DNA from: Epiperipatus broadwayi
Taxonomy: Eukaryota > Animalia > Onychophora
Length of the DNA: 64,000 bases
Assembly: GCA_028023455.1 (NCBI GenBank)
Contig: JAQFVV010000001.1
Location: forward strand, 4,030,001-4,094,000
Direction: 5' to 3'
Under the pieces are notes generated by a model. That model saw nothing but the letters and a program-made list of their open reading frames with translations. It was not told where the DNA came from and searched no databases. Below, one piece after another: positions 52,201 to 64,000 of the stretch. Within the stretch, counting starts at the first letter, position 1. Each line of letters starts with the position of its first letter. The position numbers were made by a program, and so were the translations under genes.

Positions 52201-53259
52201 GCACCTAAGTTTATGCATCCAAATTAATGTTTAAATAATCTTCCTCAAGCTGTTAAGGGCTAAATAATTATCCCTGGTCTATAGTAGATCCATTTCAAAT
52301 CCAGTGACAAGATTGACAATTTATTTTTATCGATCATTCATAATGGAGTATTCTTGGTAATGCTGAACTTATAGTTAACATACTTATTTAATATAGTTAG
52401 CTGTGCCAATCTCATGTTTATTCTTTATATTTAATATTTTGAGTCATTGACTTGGGGTTGATGATGATGAGTTCCATCACCCCTAAATTCTCCATATCAC
52501 TACTATATATATATATAATTAACTAACCATGACATCAAACTTAATAAAACAAATTCTGGCAAAAATTGAACAATATGCCTAGAAACTGCTAGAGATTTTT
52601 TAAAGGCCCAAGAGCATAAATGAGAAGTGTGAATTGAAGAAAATTATCAATATTTGGAAAAAGCTGAGGAAAGTACTTGTTATTGTACTGAAGACTGTTA
52701 TTTAGCTATATTTTTGCTACATGGAAGCTCTTGGATATATTATGAATTCATCATTTATCCATGAGAATATTAGGAATTAATATATATATACACACATACA
52801 TTGAAATGATCTGTAAATAAGGTTCTAAGACTAATAAACAGTGTAGATTCATTTAAATAAAAATTGGCCTAAGTTAGGATATTAAAGTAGCATTGAAATT
52901 AAAAAAAAGTATAACAGAAATGAGTAAACAATTAAATAAGGTGAAATATGTATAACCAAATATGTTCTACAATAGACATTTATTTCAATAAAACAAATAA
53001 GATGAAGTGAAAATATTCAAGTAAATCATTATAATGTAAATTTATAAAGGTAATTTAAATAATAATAAAAAGAATCCTTATAAATGAGAGCTGAGGAGGA
53101 AGATAGCATTTGCAAATGCAGTGTTAATTTGAAAAATTAGGTGGTCAATCTAAAAATAAAAATGCCAAATATATTAGCATTTGTTTAACTAAAGTAATAG
53201 TAATTTTTCTTTCAAAAAGAATTTAACTAAATCAAAAAAGAATACATGACAAATCAATC

Positions 53260-53770
53260 TTTAAACTCGAGTCTTCTGCTAATTAAAAGTTCTGCCAGAT
53301 CGACTGATGCTGGTAACTGAAAAACTAGAGTTGCCAATTACCAGACTAGGTCTATGCTAGCCCAGGATTCAATGTATAGCCAGTCTGGTGCAAGAAGCCG
53401 GTCTTATCATAAGTATTTCTTAATAGTTTTATGAAGGTATCGCTGACTTTATTTATCTGTTCAAAGATGTACTTGCACCTGGTGAGCCAGACTGCAAAAG
53501 TGAGGAAAATGGATGTTCTGATGGCCAAAAATATGCCAGTCTTGATGGCATTTTGAAAGCAAAGAATGTTTCTATAGTCTATTGAAACTTTTTGGCAGAT
53601 GAAAGTTCTGAATGGGCTAAGGAATGGGTAGTCATTAGGAAGATGGGTAATGGTTTCATCAGCTGAGAGCATAGCTGACACTGCAGGTTGAGATTGGCAA
53701 AACCTCCTATAGACCAGGAAGTGGCTTGTGGGTAGGGAGGAGATAGTTTCAGGAGAAATTCCAAAAACCA
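53260..53770 (-). mobile_element. 5'-truncated L1/Tx1-like LINE 3' end
   Basis: Joining the two overlapping ORFs by one frameshift gives NLQCQLCS/ADETITHLPNDYP (CCHC-knuckle-like), followed by ...AVWLTRCKYIFE, resembling the L1/Tx1 C-terminal IWxxRNxxxF motif; GC content higher than the flanks. Confidence 0.65.
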
Positions 53771-54482
53771 TTTTTTTTATTTTTAAATTAGCAGCTTATT
53801 GTTTAACCACAGAGGTTTGGGTATCTTAAGTTTATAAATTTTCCAGTATGTTCTCCTTGATTCTGATAGGTTTTAATAGGCTTATCCGTTATACGTATCC
53901 ATAAATCTGACCATTTGGGGCAGAACGGTGGTGTGTCCATTGGTTTTACCAGTATTAAGTTAAAAATTTATTAAAAAATTATAAATGATTATAATTGAGT
54001 TTACAGTAATTATGTGCACATGAAAATATTACACGCAATAGCGTTTACATTATTTTAAACAATCCAATGGATAAACATTAATTAGCAAGGTAATTTTTGT
54101 TTTCAAAATAAATCAATAATTAAAATAAATGAAGGGGTAATCAAAATCTGAACATTAGACTAAAAATTTTATGTTTTGAAACACACTAGACAGGTGGTGG
54201 GATTAACATCTGAGTTAAAACATTTGAAAATATGTATAAAATATGAGGAAGCTATACCAGACTGAAAAAGATTGATTCATGAGGTAGAAGAAATGCTAGA
54301 AGTTTTTTTTAAAAAAAGATAAGCTCCAAGCTACTTCAAAGTTGGATAAAAACAATTATATATCAATTATTTTATATTGTAATTCTGACTAATAGTAAAA
54401 CCAGAGAAACTAACTGATCATTGCAGCAGTATATCCATATTGAAGCAAAGATAAACTTGGTGGATCTAAATGTATTTGCCTT

Positions 54483-54578
54483 GTCAAACATTGGTAGCTG
54501 AGAGGTCAGCGCAGTCACCTTGTAAGCAAGCAGTTGTCACGGTTTCGCTTCCCAGCCGATGCTATAACATAGGGGAAA
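54483..54578 (+). mobile_element. Short tRNA-derived SINE / tRNA retropseudogene
   Basis: A box TAGCTGAGAGG, loop CTTGTAA (Thr-TGT-like), B box GGTTTCGCTTCCC; perfect 15-bp TSD AAATGTATTTGCCTT (54468-54482, 54579-54593). Confidence 0.8.
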
Positions 54579-55653
54579 AAATGTATTTGCCTTCATTATC
54601 TATGTAGAATATGAGTTGCCCATTTTAGCCTTATTGCCATGATGGTGTAACTTCTTGTCTGTGATCATCAGAGAATATGTTGACCTGACTCAGAAACAAT
54701 TTGCCTAATTTCCAGATTTGATTAAGATTGGAAAGTTGATAACTTAATTAGTGCTAAAGTAATCTGACCAAAAATCAACCATAGTTATAAGTAGAACTGA
54801 ATTTGGAAAAATCTGTTAACTCCAAAACAATATGCATATAAAATAAATTCTGGTATTTTTTTTTCTAAAACAATTATGCAAAAAGGCTTTTAAAAAGACA
54901 TTATATATGTATATATTATTTTTTTTCCTATTTTAACATAATAATTTGAAATTTGATTTACTCTATTAAAATTGTACTATATGGAGGTGAGATTAAATTC
55001 TAAAAAGTTTAATATTTTTAGTTTATCATTAGGTTAAAATATATGAATTAGAAGTATGATTAGGTATTATCCAGAAAATAATCTTCTCGATTATAATCTC
55101 ACACTTAGAAATGGAGAATAAAAAATATTGTCATATTAACAAAGGTATCTGATTGACATACCAATTCTATGGCTTGTTTAGGATTTAACTTTGGCCATTA
55201 TAATACATTTGTTATAGTTAAGTTTAAATATAGAATACTGTCATTTGAATCTCATTTTCACATCCAATGTTTATTAAAATCGCTAATAAATTAGCCTAAT
55301 TAGCTCAGGACTAGATTAGTGAAAATTTAAAATATTCAAATTCAGATCTTTTAGAAGTCATTTAAACAAAAAATGGCATTCAAGATCATGATCAACATTG
55401 GAAATCTTAATAAATAAAAACTATCCACAGCAGATTAGATCCTTTCACAATATTTTTTATTTTTTGAAGGTGAGATGATCAAAAAATGTAAGCAGTACTT
55501 TGAAAAGATGCAGCTAGAACTCAAGACTATAACAATAAAAATTTAATAAATATGAGATTCAAACCTAAATCTGTAGCATAGTCTTCTAAATAAGAGATGA
55601 CATTCAAGATAGATATCTCAACAAAAATTTTACCGATAGCAGATTAGATAGAT

Positions 55654-57388
55654 CAGAGGTCTTCAACTACCGGGCCACATAAGTTTTCTGCTAGTCCACA
55701 CTAAACTAGCAAAAAAAGTTTGTAATAACAAAATAATAAGATTTTAAACTTTTAATATAAACAATTATTTTTTCATTGCATTTTTACCCGTTTAAAAAAA
55801 AAAACAGAACAAAAACAAAATCTAATCAATCATACATAAATTAATTTGTTTTTCTATTTATCACAGATGTTTATGGGGTGGGTAGAATTAAATTTATTAT
55901 TTTTCTAAAAAAATTCAAAATTCAAAAGTTTTTTATTATGCAACCTCCATTTATCTTTTGATAGCCAATCACGGCCGCTTGTTGGCGTTGTTTGTGTTAA
56001 AACAATAAAATGTAATGGTACCAGGCGGTGATTTTAAAAATACGGTGACTTGTTTTTCTCTCTTAAATTTTTTCTACTTCCTCTTTTAATATTTTATTTT
56101 GTGGTTTTTTTTTTTTTGGCTATATGGCAATTTTTTTTTTTGGCTTTAACTTTTATTTTTGAAATCAATTTTTATTACATTTTAAAAAATAAAAACCAAA
56201 AAATAACTTGTCTCTAACTTTTACAAAGTATTTTCCAATACACCCCCCACCCCAAAATAAAGTAAGATCAAAACTTTTGACTTTTTCAAACTTCAGTTGT
56301 TTTTTTTTTGTTTAAAAATGTGGCTACTTTTTTTGGCCTATAAGGCGATATCTTTTTTGCCTTTATTTGTATTCCACTGATATACTAAAATTTTTATTTT
56401 TAAAACCAATTTTTATTACCTTTTTTAAAAAATAAAAACAAACCAAAAATAACTTTTGTCTATCTTTTCTCTCAATGAAGACAAAATATTTCTCAACCCG
56501 TTCCCCCCACAAAAATAATATCTCTTTTGGCTTTAAATTTTATTTTTGAAATAAATTTTAATCACCCTTTTTTAAAAGAAAAACCAAAAAATTTCTGTCT
56601 CTAACTTTTACAAAATATTTCTCAATCCACCCCAAATTAAAATAAGATCAAAACTTTTGTTTTGTTGTCTTTTTTTTCTAAAAGACGGTGACTATACGGC
56701 GATTTTTTTGGCTTTATTTCTATTACGCGATGTCTATTTTGCCATTTAAAAAAAAAAAACATTTCCTATTAATTACATTTTTTGATCTTTTCAATACCCC
56801 AGCACAAAAAAAAAAAAATACAATAACATCAAAACTTCAGTCTTTTACACGTTTCATTTTATTTTTTCAGATTTAAAATATGGCGACTTTTTTTTTAGCT
56901 GTACGGTGATTTTATTTACACGATTTCTATTTTGCCCTTACTACTATCAAAAAACAACTTCCATATATATAACTTCATCTTGTATATTTAACATTAAACA
57001 GATATTACATTTATCATAATCATTGTCATGTACACTAGCTGTGATATTTCCCAACATTCAGGTGAATAACATTTTATTCTTGCATGTTTTAACAATGAAA
57101 TAATAAATGTAGAAATGCAAGCACATTAATGAGAACAATTGTTATTGTACTGTTTTCTGTAGCACTATGACTGTGCAACTCGTGAAAGTGTTCAGCATGT
57201 GAAGGTAAGCAACACCATTACAATACACAAAAACCAGTGTGCTGTTTTGGTCAGTTATAACAATTATGCTTATCTAAGGCTGTGCAGGTTACATCTTTAA
57301 GAAAATTTATCTGTAAACTTCTGCTGGTCCGCAAAATCTTATCCTTATTTTTACCGGTCCGCAGGTGAGAAAAGGTTGAAGACCACCG
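55654..57388. mobile_element. Non-autonomous hAT (Charlie-type) element carrying a nested insertion
   Basis: TIRs CAGAGGTCTTCAAC and (reverse complement) CGGTGGTCTTCAAC; 8-bp TSD AGATAGAT at 55646-55653 and 57389-57396; subterminal GGTCC(G/A)C repeats. Confidence 0.85.
55950..56940 (+). mobile_element. Partial third member (E3) of the Merlin-like family, nested in the hAT element
   Basis: GGCCGCTTGTTGGCGTTGTTTG...AAAACAATAAAATGTAATGGTACCAGGCGG aligns to the E1 5' end GGCCACTTGATGGTGTTGTTGG...AAAAATAATACAATACAATGTTCGGGGCCG; followed by T-rich internal repeats (three imperfect units, ~56130-56670); no 3' TIR found. Confidence 0.5.
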
Positions 57389-59120
57389 AGATAGATCCTT
57401 TCACAATTATTTGCTTTAATTTTTTGAGTGAGTTGATCATCAAGAAATGCAAGCTGAAATAATTTAATAGTGAAGAGAACTTGGTTGGATCATAAAAATA
57501 AATTTAAATTCATCTTTTGGGATCATACAATACCATTACAATATATATAATTCTTTGATAAAAAAATCAATTATGAATCTGACTCAAATTTTCTCATAAG
57601 TTTATTCTTGAAATCATCTATTTCTTAATCTAGGATTGATCATAGTAATTATATAAGTAAAATGTACTCTTCTAGTGGTTAATACACATTATCAAATTTG
57701 TTAAAATGATTACACCACACACACATATAAAATTAAAATATTTCCAATATATTTAATAAAATTTTATCAGTACAAGAAAAATTCTATATAACATAAGTAG
57801 TGGTTTATATATAAAATAAATACAATTATCCCTCATGCAAGAAATTTATATTGAGAATTTGCTATTGATCATTAAATTAAGCTCATAACTTTGACCAAGA
57901 AGTTTCTATTTATTAGTGATCCTTCAAAAAATATCCATCATTTAAAAAAAATATCATTTTATAATAGTGATATGTCAGAATATTGACATCATGAAAGTAA
58001 TTTATCTTGCTCATAAAATAAAATAGCAAAGATTCATGACAAGAAAAAAAAGTAAATTTAATTCTGTAACAAAACAAAACACTGATCTCGTACAGTAGGA
58101 TCTTCTACAATAAATTTTAGTTAGCTTCAGATCACTGACCATCCATATAAAAATAAAATTGCAAAGATGTCTTCCCACCATGAATGACTTTTTTTTAAAA
58201 AGTGAATTTTTTCATTATAAATTAACAAAAATAAACACTGTTCATATTTTATAATAAACTATACCAAAAATAAATTTTAAAATGTCTACAATACATTATA
58301 TTAGATTTATTAATCTGGTTTTTACAGATTAGACACCATTTTTGTACAATAAGATTGTTTTTATAAATACTGTATTAAATGTCTTTTAGCTCATATCAAA
58401 AAAATATTTTTATTTATTAAATAATTAAAAACACAAACTATTTCCTAATATATAAAACCAAACCAAAAATAAATTGTAGAATGTACATTAACTTAAATTC
58501 CCCCCTTTTTTTATGTAATGAATCATATTTCTATATAATGTTGACTAACATTATTTTAATATGATTATCGCAGCCAATAAAATGTTTACAATTATAACAA
58601 AAACAGTGACTATATTGCTATGCTTATTAATAATCATTTTATATACTGTATTTTCACCCACATGATCATTTTTAAACTTAATAATATGCTTTGTAAAATA
58701 TTTTTTCTTTTCCTGAATTTTAAACTTTTTTTAATATCAAATATTCAAAAAAGTTTAGATCATTTTTTTTGACTCTGTAGGAAACTCATTATAATTACTT
58801 TTCATACAACTGATTTAAAATGAATTTGGGAAATCAAAGTAAAGGTGTAATATCTAATATTAATGATTTCATTAGTTAAAAATAATATATTTTTTCATTA
58901 ACACAGACATTTATTATATAAATATTAAAAAATGTTTCTTAAATAATTACAAAATACAGTAGTGCTTTTGTATCATTATGCTGGATTCTAAGACTTAGTG
59001 ATATACTGAAAAGGAGAGATAGTATTGAAATAGACATATTTTTAAACATGTATTATACAGGCATTTCCAACACTTATACATAATAAATATACTCATCTAT
59101 GATAAAATTTTATTAAAAAA

Positions 59121-59800
59121 CAATAATCAGAAAATAATAATAGATTCTTTACTACAGCTATATAATCAATAATAATTTTATACATAAAAAGCTTTTTTTA
59201 GCATCTGCTTTGGTGCCCTTTTAATGTTATTAAAACAGGCAAAACTCTCTATACATACTGCCACTCAGCGCAAGCCAGAGTAATCAATGGATGCCAGAAG
59301 GCTTGTGCATAAAATCCCCATCTAGTGCCTATTCACCCAATATCCCCAGACTAGCTTCTTGCCTCCATCAGTGAGGAGCCTTGGATCTGAGACCATTGAA
59401 CCTAGTGATGTTTATTGGCTATCTAATGTTAAAGAATTATTTCCGACATAAAACCATTCAGTGTCCAATAATGGAATTAAAATAACAATAATATAAATAA
59501 TTAAAATAAATCAAAACCCTTATATATATATATTCAATAATTACAAAATAATTGACTTTATCATAATATGTTAAATAAATATTACATGAATTTTTTATAT
59601 AATTGTATATATCATCTTATATAATTTTTCATTCATTTTTTAATCAACCAAATTTTATGTCAGAAATAACTCGTTAACATTAGATAAATTAGTAACATTT
59701 GAAAAGGGCACCAAAGCAGGTGCAGAAATAAGCTTTTTAAGTATAATTATTACTGATTATATAGCTGCAGTAAAGAATCTATTATTATTTTCTGATTATT
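59121..59800. repeat. ~100-bp inverted repeats (59121-59222 / 59702-59800) flanking a ~480-bp interior
   Basis: AATAATCAGAAAATAATAATAGATTCTTT...GCTTTGGTGCCCTTTT vs AAAAGGGCACCAAAGC...AAAGAATCTATTATTATTTTCTGATTATT. Confidence 0.85.
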
Positions 59801-60703
59801 TTGTGGAAAAGCAGCATAAGGATTTTTATTCTTGTCCAACTTTTATTAAAAAAAATAGCAATATATCAACAATTTAATTAATCTTTTTATCTTGGACCCC
59901 AATTGATTTGTAACTCTATATTTATTGTGAATACTTTTAAATTTAATTACTTTTTTTTAAAATCAAGAGATAGAACCACTTATAAAATATATTGACATGT
60001 GTAGTTGTCTAAAATCTGATTTTAATGATAAACAATTCTCGCTGTAAGATCTGTCATCATTAAGTTTCATTTTTTTGATACAGTTTGATAAAAATATTGT
60101 AAATATAATTTTTCAAATTTCAATTATGATTACTATTTATTAATAATTTATTACTATACATAACATTTATTTTCTATCTTTTAAAAATATTTAAATATTG
60201 ACATTCATTATGTAACCAATTCAAAGGATAACCAATATTATTTCAAACTATTATTTTACTTTATTCCCCAAAACTCATTTTAAATAAAAATCTTGCTACA
60301 AAAAGAAATTATAATAGGCTTCCCACAGATCAAAAAATTATATAAACTTTGGATATCTGATATTAAAAAAAGTTTAAAATTCAGAAAAAGGACATATATA
60401 TTTTAACAAATAAACTAAAAAATTATGTTTGAATGTGTATTTACAAATGAAATTTAAAAATGCTTTATTTCAAGATGTTGTTTATCTGTTTAAACAATGC
60501 AATACTTTTATCCAACTTATTTTTTCTTTTAATCATTTCTTTCTATTATGTTTGGAGTTTCAACAAGTTGACGTTTTTTACATTCTGATTTCATTGCTGT
60601 TCACCTATTTTCACTATATCTAGTAGAAACTCATATTTTTTTTCACTACAAACTATTTTAGTTTTTATTCAATAGATGGAAACTGTAGACAGGCAAAAAA
60701 AAA

Positions 60704-61962
60704 AGTACTCATCTTATAGCTAAAGACGCCACTCTATGGCGCGGTTTTCGCGCTAAAACACACAAAAATGCTGTTTTCGCGGCCGACACTTTCAAACCCG
60801 CATTTTCTATAATACAACTTTTTTGTTGTGCTACAGAATGCAGGCCGCTATGTCGCATCGCAGTACAGCATGTATGTCGCATAGCAGCAAATACATTTTC
60901 AGAATTCGCACAGTTTATAAAATAGTTACGGCTTGAGGAGAGAGTTTGTATTTGAATTGGATGGAAATGTTGTTTTCATTGGATTTTTTTTTTATTTTAA
61001 AGTATTGAAATGTTCAGATTTTTTAAAGTAATAATTCTAAGACTTTTTACAATGTACTGTATTGAAGTTTTAATTGGGAAAATGTTAAAGATCTATGTTT
61101 TTAGTGAGTTGCAATTAGGTAACGCATCAAGTAACATACTGTTCATAACATTCCACGAGACAAAGAAGATTCTACCGTATGTATATTTTTGAAGTAAGAA
61201 AGAGCGGTACCAAAAAAATATCCAGTAAGAAAAGTAAAAGCACGATTCTTTGTAAATTTCATAAAAAGCAAATATTATAAACATGTTTAATAAATAAAGA
61301 AGACATTTATATGTGTTTGTTGTTGTTTAAAAAAGTTTGAGTTTCTTTCTTTTGTCCGAGTACGGTTACGATTTTGATATTTTTTATTTTAGCATTACAA
61401 ACAACAGAACACTAACCCTAACAACTTTTACTTTTTATTGTCATTCTATTTGAAGTAAAAAATAGCCCTAATATCTCTTCGTCTGTAAAAAAAAAAAAAG
61501 TAAAACGAAGCCTAAAAAAATAAAAAATAAACTAAGAAATTATACTTTTTATTACGATTATTATTTTTTAGTTAAACAACAACAACAAAAAAAGTCGTAA
61601 CACAAGTAAAAAAATATCCGATAGAAAATTGATAAAAAAAAAGCCGTAACACAAGTAAAAAAATATCAGATAGAAAATTGATAAAAAAAAAGCCGTAACA
61701 CAATTAAAAAATATACGATAGAAAAAACACGAGTCAAGTTGTAATTTGTTGATTTTATTTTACATTTATTATTATCATTTAAATTGTATACATTAATAAA
61801 AAATAATATTTATAAAAGACGATTTTATTTTGTTTTTATTTTCGCATTACAAAAAAGCACACCAAAATTATTATAATCAACGGCCCGGGAATGGTCATAT
61901 TTTATAATTTTAGCGTGAAAACGGCGCCATCCAACGGCATCTTTATCTATAAGACAAGCACC
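60704..61962 (-). mobile_element. Non-autonomous TIR DNA transposon, Merlin/IS1016-like (copy E2)
   Basis: TIRs AGTACTCATCTTATAGCTAAAGACGCCACTCTATGGCGCGGTTTTCGCGCTAAAA (left) and GGTGCTTGTCTTATAGATAAAGATGCCGTTGGATGGCGCCGTTTTCACGCTAAAA (right, reverse complement). A8 on both sides (60696-60703, 61963-61970) is compatible with an 8-bp TSD, though homopolymeric. Shares an internal module with E1. Confidence 0.7.
61594..61725. repeat. 49-bp tandem repeat, ~2.7 copies, inside E2
   Basis: G(T/C)CGTAACACAA(G/T)TAAAAAA...GATAGAAAA starts at 61594, 61643 and 61692. Confidence 0.95.
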
Positions 61963-64000
61963 AAAAAAAATCATGTTTGCATGGTACAAAGGATGAATTT
62001 ATGCAAGATTTCTTTATATGCACACACTGCATAATAAATATTTATTTTTTACTTCAAATTAATGCTCAGGTGTTTGATCTTTCTATGTAATTTGAGATGG
62101 AAAGAATGCAATAATAACTATCCTTATTCATGTATATACATTATTATTATATATATTTATAACATTTTAAAAATATTTTTTGTATTAATTCTGACAACAT
62201 ATATAAAATAAAAATGAATATAAATTTTTAGTTGATCATATATAGACTAATTGTCAAAAAAAAAAAAAAAATTAATTTTTTACCGAGTAAATCACTAAAG
62301 GAAAGCAAGAATTGTTCAATGGGCAAGGAGATATAGGTAACGGTTAAGTAATTTTATTTCTTGCTTTTCCCCCTTTAAAAAGATAAACACTATAAATTAT
62401 TTTTCCTCATTCTTTATTTGAAAAAAATTATTGAAGAAATGAGAAAAATAAATAATATTAAATTAAAAAATTCAAATTATTTTACTAAAAAGATAATACC
62501 TACTACTTGCTGGTAATATTTTATGATAGCAATAAGTAGCAGCTGCAATGTCAATGAAAAGATGCCTTTTTTATTATTCTCTAATTTTACTTTTTATTTA
62601 ATATTTGCTTTAAAACATGATTAAATAAAAAAGGAGATGAGGTGATGACTACAAATAAATCACTCAAGAATAGATTAAGCATACACAAAAATATTCTAAA
62701 ATTTAAATAAAAAACAATTGAATGAGACTATTCAACCAAGAATTCATATAATGTTTGAATGTTAGAAGTGACAGGTTCTATCAATAATTTTTTCCCCCCA
62801 AAATTCTGGCAATAGTGTATCACTAAAAAAACAATAATATTTTCTAAAAAGATATATTTTTTTTTTGTCATATTTGAAAGTAAAAAAAAGACTGATATTA
62901 GACCTTCACTGTAAAAGAAAATTGCCAAAATTCATACTTTATACTGCTGAATTGTCTCAACCAAGACTAAAGACAACGATGAAGCCATAATAAATGTTAT
63001 GGCCTCCAAAGTTATACAAAGAGAAAATATTATATAAATGAGTTTTGATTACTGAAACTGGTGTAATAGCAAAATCAAGGAATATAATATAATTGCTAAG
63101 ATAATAAATCCTCACATTCCCAAATTCTCTATCTTAAGTGAATGATTTGTTTTCCTAAATAATTGAAAATCATTGATATCAATGAATTATCAATACTAAT
63201 TTATCGCTTTTTGAATATCAAGCATATTTTTTCAAAATATTTTAAGTAGAACAATATACAACTAATAAACAATAAAATTCTCTATAGATCAAATGTTTAC
63301 AAATATTCAAAAGAAAAAAAATCAAAATGTCAAACAGAAAATTTAAATATTTCCTGTTGTTGTATCAGTTTACAACAGAGTATTTAGATGTAAGTCAATA
63401 AACTAGCAATTACAAAACAAATTTAATATACTGTTCAATTTATACATCCAATAAAAATGTAATGCATACTTAAGATTAACAAATTGTATACTATAATTTG
63501 TGTTATGAGACATTTTATACAATATTTAAATAATGATACATTATGATATTAGTGTAATGATAAAAATAATTGAATCATTCATTACACATGATAACCAAAA
63601 TAATTAATAGTCAAATAATTAGATCCAACACTAATTTATAAAGATTTTTGAAATATGCTTTATTAAAGTTATTGGCTTACAAAACAAAATTATTCTCTCA
63701 AACACATATGGAAAAAAAACTGACAAAAGTTATATAAAAGCTAACAATTACAACTGAAACTAAAATTTTACAATTGTATCTTGTTGAAATTATAATAAAT
63801 TTTAGTGAACTTTTGTTTATGTCTCTGCCTTATAAAGCAAAATTCTTTGGTTTAAGTGATCTGACACTGACTGCTGCTCAATCAAAAAAGCACAATTATT
63901 ATTATTGTACAATGCAACTTCAGCTATTCAATTAGATCATTCACAAATACTCTGTCACAAAATTTAAGGGAATAATATTGATCTTGTCCATATTTAGGTA

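Overview
Very AT-rich, CpG-depleted eukaryotic (most likely invertebrate animal) DNA in which I can find no confidently supported host gene; most ORFs in the track are chance ORFs in AT-rich sequence. The window is largely decayed transposable elements. Non-LTR retrotransposons: an esterase-bearing RTEX-like element at 1-3.8 kb, three RTE pieces, an Ingi/Vingi-like RT relic and an L1/Tx1-like 3' end. There are also Gypsy integrase relics, putative solo LTRs, two Charlie/Buster-type hAT derivatives with 8-bp TSDs, short tRNA-derived SINEs with TSDs and many inverted-repeat (fold-back/MITE) structures. The most notable structure is a family of CpG-rich ~1.3-kb non-autonomous TIR elements (10672-11973, 60704-61962, partial third at ~55.95-56.94 kb) with GGTRC-type ends and 8-bp TSDs (Merlin/IS1016-like). 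The two complete copies share a ~95%-identical internal module that begins at a TAGGGTTAG junction, which one copy has expanded into a telomere-like higher-order array. All calls are by eye; no searches were run, so family assignments and novelty are unverified.
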